Below, in pieces: positions 53,321 to 64,000 of a stretch of DNA of 64,000 bases. The DNA is taken from positions 129,146,001 through 129,210,000 of the forward strand of contig OZ024742.1 in assembly GCA_964016885.1 (NCBI GenBank), read 5' to 3'. The stretch's first letter is position 1. Each line of letters begins with the position of its first letter. Origin of the DNA: Eledone cirrhosa. Lineage: Eukaryota. Position numbers and translations under genes: made by a program. The notes below the pieces were generated by a model. That model worked only from the letters and a program-made list of their open reading frames with translations. It made no database searches and was not told the DNA's origin.

Positions 53321-56149
53321 TATATATATATATATATACATATATACACACACATACACCCACACATACATATATATACATATATATATATATATATACA
53401 TATACACATACATAAATATACACATACATATATAAAAGAGAAAGACAGAAGAGAGAGAAACAAGACAGATGATAAATGAGCGGTATGGAAATAGGAAATG
53501 CATTAAAGGAAATTGTTAGTGAAAGCTGGTTTCTAGTAGTTTATTAACCTCTCTTGATAGTGTTCTACCACCCACCATATTTCCTTATGATACACAAGTA
53601 CATTGAAGATTTGAGTTTTTCTAAGACAGACATAGCACAACAATGAAACAGCAGGATTGTCACAGCAGTAGATTAACAGGTATGGCTGTGTGGTTATGGG
53701 GTTAGCTTCATAAACCATGTTGTTCTTGGTTTGATTCCATTGTGCAGCACTTTTAGGTAAGTGCCGTCCACCACAACAGTGGGGTGACCAATGCTTTGTG
53801 AGTGGAATTTGATAGGCAGAAATTGTATGGAAGCCCATCATGTGTGTGTGTGTTTCACTGTCAGCGATGTAAATTAATAAAAGATGTAAACATTGGCAAG
53901 GGGAAAAACATTGGTGCTTTTGTATTATTTGTTCCATTTAGTTAACCTTTTCACTACCATATTTCTCATGAAATACATTAAATGTGCTTTAGTTAATGGA
54001 AAATAATCAAGAATTTGAAGCGTTTTAATGAAATAATGTTTTTTATTAAGTTGACGTCTAGAGCAAAATAAAAAAAGTTCTTATATAAAATTATGATGGA
54101 AAATTTTAATTTAGATATAAACACTTTAAAATAGACAGTTTTATCATAGAACCAGCTTCAGGCCGGTTGGTATCAAATAGATTAAACAATCCTTTGTCAC
54201 TTTCACCATCATAAATGCAGTGAACAAGTAATTGGCACAATGGAAACCTATAGTAATACTATACTTCATCAACAGAGGTATCAAATAAATAATTAGTAGA
54301 GCATTAGACAACTTAACTTGTGGTATTTTGTAAGATATCTATATCTTCTGAGTTCAAATCCCACCTATAGTAACCTGTTCATTACCATATTTCCAAAGAA
54401 AAACACTGAATAATCAAGAATTTGGAAGGATTTAGTAATATCACTAACCTTTCCTCATGTTTGGAGGATAGATTAACAAAGATTCTTACATAAAATTACA
54501 AAATGATGATGGAAGGTTTTTAGAAAAAATAAACACCTAAAATAAAGTTTCCAATCAGAAAACCATGTAGTTTTGTATCCAAAGGATTAACTTTGCCTTT
54601 CATGATTCCAAAATCAGTATGATATGTATTAGAGACCTATATAAACAACTAAATCCTTGAAGATGTTTAACAGCCAGCATGGTCAGTGTAATGATTAAGA
54701 CCAGTAAGGGAAATTATAAAGATTATCTTTTTGGTTTGATAGAACATTTCAATAAGAAATATGGCTGTGAAAGAGTTAGTCAACACAAATACTAAAGGTA
54801 CTTATACATAAAAATGATGGATTCTTTGTCAGTTTTGGTGATGAGCATTCAGCCATTTAAACAACTGGATTCTGACTTTTGAATTAACATCTAAGTGGTT
54901 GAGTATTCCACAGATAGATGTACACTTAACATAAGTTCTCAGACAGAATCAATATGGCACAATGTGGGATATGACTGGACCTTTGAATTACAGGTAAAAA
55001 TCCACCCAACAAGCTTCCACAGAGTTTCGGTCTACCCAAGGTTATGATAAAAACACTTGCCTAAGATGCCACAGAATGAGATTGAACCTAGGACCGCAAA
55101 GCAAACTTCTTAATCACACATACACAAAATGATCTCTCACATTTTTCCACCTAATCAATTTCATCCATTAAGTTTATATTGATCCATGACTATGGTAGAT
55201 AATTTGCCCAAGGTGTTATGCAGTAGGGTAAAACCTGGAACCATATGATTATGAAGTGGGCTTAACACTGATCATCAACTTTTTTCTTTTCTACCTTATT
55301 CACAGTCCAACTTCCTTTTTTCTAAAACATTTTGTATCAATTCTGCAATTGGATTTACCCTTTAAAAAACCAATGCACAAGACATCTCCCAACCTTGGAC
55401 TGAAATCTCATTATTACATGTTAGACACTATTAGATTTAAGTAATTAAACATTTGTCTTTTATTAAGTTGAAAGTATATGGAAGTCATAGGGGTGTCATA
55501 TTGACATACTGCATTTCTAGGGCATGTTTTAAACCTGATGGAGCCCATCTCTACAGATCTGAATAAAATAGATTTCTCTCAGAGAAGAATAGAGAGTGAG
55601 AGAATGGAAGTGAGAGAATGGAAGTGAGATAGAACAAGTACTTTTTTTTTTATTGATCTTGAATGGATGTAAAGCAAAGTTGACCTTGGTGAAATTTGAA
55701 CTCAGAGAGCCAATACAAATACAATAAAGTATTCTATCCAATGACTGCTAAATTGCTGCGAAAAGAGGGATTGATAAATGTTGGGAAGAGAAGTGAAATG
55801 AGATGGTTCTGTCATGTGTTGAAGATTAGGTGAGAGGAGAGAAAGAAATGTATGTTGAAGGAAGTAGATGATGGGGAATACCAAGACAGATATGACTAAA
55901 GATGATTGAGGGGGGAAATGAAAGCTAGGGAGTTGGTAAGAGAGGAAGCAGCCAACAGAACAAAACAGAGAAGCTTGTCATGGCTAATCTTTGCTCTAGC
56001 AGAGAAATGGCCTTGAAACGCTTGTTGTTAAGTTGAATATTTTGATGATTAAAACTTAAAGGTAGTTTATTTTTGTGAAAAATATGGTCACAAAATACTT
56101 AACCGTTTTCTTTTTGTGTGGTTTTTGCTCATCATTAAGCATTGTTTCA

Positions 56150-56600
56150 TTCTCTCTTGGTCTTTTTCTTTGCCCACATATTCCTGGGAGAGTCGTGGGG
56201 GCAGGGGTTCACAAACACACTTTCTAGAAGGTCCTGTCAGAAGCATCCGTCTCCAATTGAGACCAGCTGAGCTCATGGATGTTATCCAACCATCTTGCTC
56301 AGGGTTTACCTCTAGGTCTCCTGCCAGTTGGTTTTGTCCGCAGTGATTCTTTTAGACATTCTGGCCACATGTCTGTAGTATTGGAGCTGTGATCTCTCAA
56401 TTCAGAGAAGTAGCGGCTCTACTTCAAATGTCTATTTGATCTCCAAGCTATGCACTTTGGACGAACCCCATTTTGGTCACTTATATTTGTAATCATATTC
56501 TTTCGATCCACACCCAAGATTCATGAGTAGAGGCAAGGGTTGGCATGAATACTGAATTGAAGATAGCAAGTTTGGCTTTTACATTTATCTCCCTTCTTTT
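56150..56600 (-). mobile_element. 3' fragment of the Expander-like RTE
   Basis: Colinear with 20200-20620. Confidence 0.8.
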
Positions 56601-57480
56601 ACACCTACCACCCATCATTCTCTCTTGCTATACACAATACTTTACAATCAACCCTTTTGATAGCAACCTGTCCAAAACGACCTCTGCTTCTATGAAACAA
56701 AAACCATTCATTTTAAAGGGTTTCCATTTAAATTAAAATCTTCCAAAATAATTTTAGTAAATTCATCAAAATCCTTCAGTAATTAATATATAGTATATTT
56801 TATTAGAAATACAGTCATGAGAGGGTTAAACCCCACCCTACAAAGACCTGAAAAAATGCCAGTTGCCTAACATAACAATCATATGACTGTTATTTTATTA
56901 TAGGTTTCATTTCATTTTGTGTTAGCTTTGTTTAGCTTATTTCTATTTACAGGTTGACAATGGTTGATAAAGGAATGTAGGATTAAAATAAAATAAAATA
57001 ATAAAAAGAGTAAAAAAAGAATAAATTGGAGAAAGAGAGGAAAGAAACAGAGGGGAATAATGAAAGTGAAAGACAGGAAAAAAAGAAACAAAAAAGAGAA
57101 AATGAAAGAAAGGAATAGAAAGAAAGTGTGGAATTAAGAAAGAGAGAAAGAGTAAGAGGAAAAAAGAAAGAGCAAAAGAAAAAAAACAAGCAAGAAAGAT
57201 AGGAGTGAAAGAAAAAAAGAGAAAAAGGAAAGTGAAAGCGAGTGGGGGCGGGGGAGTAAAAGAGCGAAAGAAAGACAGAAGGAAAGAGTGCTACCTGGCA
57301 GCATAACTGCACCTTAACAGGTGAATAACATGAGACAGAGAGTAGGTGGAATATGTATCTAGACATAGTAGAGGTTAAGATGAACACACAAGCAGCTATG
57401 TACCCACACAGCCATGTATACAGACAAAGCTATTTAACATTATTGTAGAATGAGAAGTTGCCCCTTTTGTTAGTATAAGA

Positions 57481-57703
57481 GGGCGGTGGAATGGCATTGT
57501 CGGTAGAGTGTCGGACAACATGCTTTGTGGCATATAGTTACGTCCCTTTACATTCTGAGTTCAAACTCCGCCGAGGTTAGCTTTGCTTTTCATCCTTACG
57601 GGGTTGATAAAATAAAGTACCAGTAACACATTGAGGTCAATTAAATCAACTTTCCCCTTTCCCCAAATTGTTGGCCTTGTGCCTCAGTCAGAAACTCTTA
57701 TTA
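57481..57703 (+). mobile_element. Second tRNA-derived SINE family with (TAT)n tail, long variant
   Basis: A-box-like TGGCATTGTCGG, B-box-like GAGTTCAAACTCC, central TTTCATCCTTACGGGGTTGATAAAATAAAGTACCAG. Related copies at 18218-18482, 46414-46620, 63600-63820. Confidence 0.85.
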
Positions 57704-60462
57704 CATTTCTAAGAAAATATATTGCCTTTAATTTTCAAATGATTTTGAAAATCAAAAATTTGGACTGATTTTGTAATATAACTAACTTTCTCAATTTTAA
57801 GCTAATGTCCTTACATAAACTTAAGATGAATAGATTTTAAGATAAATATAAACACATTAAAATAAAGTTATTATCATAGAACCACAGGCAGTTTCAAGTG
57901 GGTTACCACTATTCTTTTTTTCTTTTACAGGTTTCAGTCATTAGACTGTGGCCATGCTGGGGCACCACCTTTGTTTAGTTAATGATATCAATCAGAGTAC
58001 TTTTTTTTTAGTCAGGAACTTATTTCATTTACCCCATTTTTTTTTTTGCTCTGTTAAGTTACAGGGCATAGAAACACACAAACAGACACATTTATACATT
58101 TATATATATTATCAGAGCACCAGCACTAAGAGGGTTGTTGTGATCTTGTTTAGCAAGGTTTTCTACACCTGGTTGCCCTTCCTATATACATCTGTAGTCT
58201 TTGCACATTTATATCATCATAGGTGAAAACATTGGTGATAAACAAAAACAACAAAAAATAAAAACAAAGGTGCTTTACAAATTAAGTTCTTTACATCAGG
58301 TTAAACATCTTTTTGTCACACTTGACATCAGAAATGCACCGAACAAAAGATTGGGTTGTTGTGAACATGTAACCCAGCAGCACTATTGTTCACAAATTAC
58401 AAACAGAATAATAACTACTTGGAAGCCATTTTTTCTGCTAAAGCAGGGATTAGTCATGTGAGTTCCATGACAGTCTTCATACTCATCACAGTGTCCTTTT
58501 TGTGGCAATATTTTACAGCCAGATACTCTTCCTGGCACCAACCATTTTAGTTGCCTCAAATAACACATCCAGAGTTTATTTTAAGGAAATTTCAGAATTG
58601 CACAAATCTTTGGGTAAGAAACCATGATGTAGTGTTTGATATTCTCTGAGTCTGAGAAGCATTTATAATGGCTATTTTAAACCTTTTATGAGTGCTATAA
58701 GTCTTTTAACCATCATTTACTATGTAAGTACATGTAGTATTGGAGACTAGATGTAAACTTATTACATGTTAAAATAATTACTGCGACACACTTACTATAG
58801 ATACACATAAGTACAATATAAAATGAAAAAAAAAAAAAAAGATATTAGTAGATACTACAAAGAAATTAGTAAATATAATGACTAACATTCCAGGAGTTGA
58901 GTTAATTCTTGATCTCTTTATGACAAAACCTAAATCAGTTACAATCAAAATATGTCTGTATGGTATGGTGAAGAAATGTCTTCACAGAGCCTTTTAAAAA
59001 TTATTTTAGCAAATAGATTAAGACTGCTCATTGACATTTATCACTTATTCACCATCTTTTGCCACCACATTCAATATCTTATGCCATGGTCCCATGTCGA
59101 CAGGATAAGGAAGACATTGTTCCAGAGAACAACAAAGGAGACACAAAACAAAGACAGAATAGTAAAGAAAACCCTTTTTTTTATGGGATAATGAAAGGCT
59201 TTTTATGAACTATGCCAATAAATTCTTTTTTTTTCCCTCTCTCTCCAAATTCTTTAAAAAAAACAACTAAAACTAAACTTGATGTTGACCTCCATTGGAG
59301 GATAAACTGCTGCTGTCAAACCATAAGTTGTGAACTGTGGATATTTCTTAATCACACATAACTAAAATAAAGAACACACACACAGGGTTTTAAGAAATTT
59401 ATCAGTCATGACATGTTCAGAAGGAACAGAAGATAAGGAATATCAGGTTTCTTTGGTGGTTATCAGTCAGACTAACACACACACACATATTATCAATTGG
59501 ATTGTGAGTTATTTTAGTTTATGCCTAAGTAAGGTTAATAGAGTTCTGTCCAAATGACAGACACATCACATAACAGAACTCAACACAACCAACACACACA
59601 CAACCCGACCAACACACACAACACAACCAACATACACAACACACAACACACAACATATTCAGGCACTAAAAAAAAAAAAAATAATAAAATGCAAGATTCG
59701 ATGACTTAGTTAAACTTATTCATCAGTCACTCATACTTCACCACCACCACCCCAGTATGGCACAATTCCAGCTGGTTCTTACACTTTGAAAAAACCCATT
59801 TTCATACTTTATATTTCAGTCTCAGATGTGATATTTTTTTCTATTCTCAAGTTTAGAAGAAAGAGGGACCCCCTAAGGATAGATAGACAGTAGAAGCTTC
59901 ACCCAGAAACCCAACAACCCTCCCCCTCCTACAACTACTACTATCTATGATGTTTAGAGTAAACATTTTAAAAAATAAATAAAGTACTTGAACTTTCTTC
60001 AGTTATCTTTCTACAGAAACTTAATTGAAGGAATGTTTTGTGTTGTTGAAAGCCTTGTTCTAGTTTTACATAAAATATTTTGAAATTTCTTTTTTATATG
60101 CTAAGTTGAGTAGCAGAATTGGTTGAGTTGTTAGGGCTTCAGATGAAAAATACCCTGTATTTGTTCCAACTCACTGCACTCCGAGTTGAAGTATGAGGTC
60201 AACTTTGCCTTTCATCCTTTCAATCATCATCATCATTGTTTAATGTCCATTTTTCCACACTAGCATGGGTTAGACATGTTCCATTGTGAGACAAGTCAGA
60301 TGAGATGACACAGAACTGGTTCTGGCTTGGTTTCTACGGCTGGATGCTCTTCCTAACACCAACCACATGTACAGTGTGGACTGGGTGATTTTTATTGTAC
60401 CCCAAAACGACAAGCTGAAAGGTTGGACTGTGTGCTTTTTGTTGTGTCACCAACATGACTAC

Positions 60463-60711
60463 TGGTATGGCCATGTGATGCGTATGGATGATGAGCACTG
60501 TATCAAGAAGCACCAAGAAATCCCAATGGAAGGGAGCTGTCATAAAGGTGGACCTAGGAAGACCTGGGCAAAGGTTGTCAGAGCTGATTTCAAATCACTA
60601 ACTCTCAAAGTAGAGGAGATGATAAAGGACCGAGATGATTGGAGAGCTGGTGTGTTGGAAAGAACCGTTCCAACACATGAAATCATGGAAAAGCAGATTT
60701 ATGATGATGAT
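60463..60711 (+). mobile_element. RTE 3' fragment fused head-to-head to an antisense SINE-like tail (60225-60462)
   Basis: WYGHVMRMDDEHCIKKHQEIPMEG..GPRKTWAKVVRAD. Confidence 0.8.
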
Positions 60712-61515
60712 TGCTCCTTTGGCAGCAAATGGCAGAGATGTTAGAGCATTGGATTAGATGGCTTCTGTATTTGTTCTGATTGTCTGCACTATGAGTTTAA
60801 ATCCAACTGAGGCAACTTTGCCTTTCATGCTTTAGGAGATAAATATTATTTCCATGGGTAGTGGATTAATTCTTAAAAGAGTCAGGCACAATGCTTTGCA
60901 ATATATGTTCCAGCTCTGTGTATTCTGAATTCAAATTCTGCTTCCTGTCAACAGAAAAGTGATGATGCTTCTATGAGCAGTTGTGACCAGCAAATGATAT
61001 CAGCAATGGAAAGATCTGATGATCGACTCCTTTCCCTGTTTAATAGAGTTCACCTTGTTACAAGTTTAGGACCAGACACTGGGACCCACCAGGCTCCCTA
61101 TTGACTCATACATCAGTCTGCAGATGTTTAAGCTGAACGTTGATACCATCAATCTCACCTGTCTGGGAGGAATGGCAAAGTATATAAACAATACTGTTTT
61201 TCCTTCAACTTATTTAATTCTTTTGACAGCAAACTGCCTGAAGCTTGGGCATTTTAACAAGAGCCCCAGTTTTATCATAAAAAGTAAAGTGAAATGAAGT
61301 GTCTTGCTCAAGAACACAATTTGCTGCCCAAACCCTAGAACTGAACCCATGTTCTTATGATCATGAGAAAATTCCTAAGCACTAGGCTACATGCCTTCGT
61401 CCCTGGCCAAACTGACCATCCAACCATTTTTATTCTCCATACATAGTCTATCTAGGATTATAACATCCAAAGAGCCCTTAATTTTTTTTTTTTTTTTTTT
61501 TTTTTTTAAATGAAA

Positions 61516-61750
61516 AATCACTGGACAGATTTCATGGGCAAACCCAGGCATAGACCCTGAGCAAGATGGTTGGCTAACCATCATGAAGTCAGCTAGTCTT
61601 GCTTGGGCATCTAGCTGGATCAATTAGAGACGGTTGTTTCTGATAGGACCTACTGAAAGGCATGCTTGAGACTCTGCCCCCACAACCCTCCCAGAAATAT
61701 GTGGATGGAGAGGGAGGAGGAGGAGGAGAAGAAGAAGAAAAGAAGAAGAA
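61516..61750 (+). mobile_element. Short 3' fragment of the Expander-like RTE
   Basis: GAGCAAGATGGTTGG...GGACCTACTGAAAGG followed by (GAG/GAA)n tail. Confidence 0.75.
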
Positions 61751-62451
61751 CTTGTGCTGCTATTTCTAGCATGCTGAGCACATGTTATGTTTCTCCCAAA
61801 TGTCTCAATACTAAATGGAAGTGTATGAACGAGTGTGTGCGTGCATGCATATGTGTGCATGTATGTATGTGTGTATGTATGTGTGTATGCATGTGTGTGT
61901 GTGTGTGCATATGAGTGTGCGTGGGAGGTGCATGAGTGTGTATGCATATGGAGGGGTGAATAATCAAATTAAGTGATTAACCCAAAAGCTGCTGACGCCT
62001 ATCTCCCCGCACTCCTCTCAAAAAAGTAAGAGAGGAATGACATCCCTTTGGTAACCATATGACACCGCCTTTTTAAGATAAGGGTGCAGTGGGGAGGAGT
62101 AGGAGTAGCAAACATTAGAAATCACACAATTAGAATTTAGGCCATGTGCTGAATTTTATTTCATTTATTAATTATTATTGTCCCCTACATGTCGGCCCTT
62201 GTGGCTAATAAATGAAATCATTGTAATGTACTGGGTAATTGCTGGTCTTGTGCCAAAAGTAGAAACAATTATTATTATCATTTTCTGAAATGTGCGTGTG
62301 TGTGTGTGGGGGGGGGGGGGTCCTCAAGTACTACTCAGACATTTATGTCTGAGTGAATGCAGTGAGTGTGAGCTTCCTGTAGAATCAATTTCCCAAAACA
62401 CCAAACTGCAGTAGGAATAAATAACAACAAAAAAACAATATCAGTAGCAAG

Positions 62452-62485
62452 AGTAGTAGTAATAGTAGTGGTAGTAGTGGTAGTG

Positions 62486-62529
<44 letters not shown>

Positions 62530-62610
62530 GGTGGTAGTAGTAGTAGTGATGGTGGTGTTGGTAATGATAGTAGTAGTAGTAGTAGTAGTAATAGTAGTAG
62601 TAGTAGTAGT
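62452..62610. repeat. (GTA/GTG)n trinucleotide microsatellite
   Basis: Direct reading. Confidence 0.95.
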
Positions 62611-64000
62611 CAGCAACAGCAGTAAAAGGAGGTTGCTGAGGGATAAAGAAGGATGGAAGAAGAGAGGGATAGTAAGAGAAAGGTTTCAGAAGCTATCCTA
62701 AAGCAGCTGCCTTTCCAGTTAAAAGTTTAACTGTTTAACTGGATGTTTGAATAAAATAGGGCGCGGCTGTGGGAGGGGTAGGGAAGGGGAGTTGTTAGGG
62801 AAGTAATGAGGGTGGGTGAAATGGGATTGTAGGGGGTAGAGATGGCAAAATATAAAAACATTAAAGTCAGTCACTTCATATTAGCCCTGTTACTATATTT
62901 CTAATGAAAGACACTGACTGATTTTCAAATAATTTTGAAAATAATCAAGAATTTGAAAGAGTTTAGTAATGGAACTTTTTCTCTATATGGTTAAAGTTTA
63001 ACTGGTTGTTTCAATAAAGTAGAGACTCGGAATTTAAAATGTGATTTGGGGGGGGGGGGCAGAGGTGGCAAAATAGAGAAATGTTAACCCTTTCATGAAG
63101 AATTAATGAAGAATTTTGAGAGATTTACTAAAATTATTACTTATTTCATTACTAAGAAAGAAAGGAAATTTACAGCTTGTACCTATACAGCGTTAGCTGG
63201 CTTCCTATGCGGCTGCATCTCACAGCAGGTTTCTCAGGTGTTTTAATGATAGGGGTCCCAGTCCTTTATTGAAATGTAATGTGAAAACTGTCTATGTATC
63301 ATTATCATCATCATTTGATGTCTTCTTTCCCTGATAGCAATGACTGGATGCCTTTTCTATATATGTCTATATTCCATACAAAAATTGGCCTTTTGCTTAG
63401 TGAAAAAAAAAAACCCTTTAGTTACCAACCTGGCCAAAAAATGGCTTTGGTTCTATGAAATAAAATCTCTCATTTTAAAGGCTTTCAATTTAAATTATGT
63501 CGTCCAACATAATTTTAGTAAATCCCTCAAAATTCTTCATTAATTAATTAAAATAGACTGTATTTCATTAGAAATACAGTCATGAAAGGGTTAATGTTGC
63601 AATAACAAATGTTTCTACATTTGGCACAAACCCAACAATTTGAAGGGAAGGGAAGGGGAAAAATCGATTAAATCGACCCCAGTGCATTGCAAGTACTTTA
63701 TTTTATCGACTTCTATAAGGATGAAAGGCAAAGCTAACCTTGGCGTGATTTGAACTCAGAACATAAAGAGCCATAACTCTGTGCTGCAAAGCATCGTGTC
63801 TGATACTCTACCAATACTAATATTTCTTATATAGGACACAAGGTTATAAATTTTGGAGAGAGAGAGAGAGAAAACAGTTAATTACATTAAGCCCAGTATA
63901 TGACTGGTACTTTAAGAAGGATAAAAGATTATGTTGACTATGACACTATTTAAAATCAGAATGGTATAGCTAGCAACCAAACAGAAAAGCTATTTTGTCC

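Noticed and set aside
58352-58395. Potential H-type pseudoknot (TGGGTTG/TAACCCA with TTGTGAACA/TGTTCACAA)
   Set aside because: Zero-length loop 1 and no functional context; plausible by chance
60959-61019. C/D snoRNA-like GTGATGA...CTGA
   Set aside because: No terminal stem, no recognisable guide, and such motifs are expected by chance

Overview
AT-rich, microsatellite-saturated eukaryotic DNA. The repeat families point to an octopod cephalopod (inferred from recall, not a database hit). It is almost entirely intronic or intergenic: no host gene can be reconstructed, and only one plausible 38-nt minus-strand micro-exon (22786-22823) was found. Mobile DNA dominates. There is a young 5'-truncated RTE LINE with an open RT + PHD-like ORF (41614-43212), many older RTE fragments of at least two families, two main tRNA-derived SINE families (one CORE-type sharing its 3' end with the RTE), TTAA/CCC piggyBac-type MITEs, an internally deleted mariner and a REL-endonuclease LINE remnant. 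Three non-obvious signals stand out. (1) About nine minimal type-I hammerhead-ribozyme motifs with unrelated stems lie beside (TA)n tracts, two of them at the centre of fold-back palindromes, consistent with Penelope-like or retrozyme remnants. (2) RTE-tailed elements are repeatedly joined head-to-head with both 3' tails pointing outward. (3) One RTE lineage carries a 3' UTR made of the same module as the SINE body. Most ORF-track entries are microsatellite or antisense artefacts.
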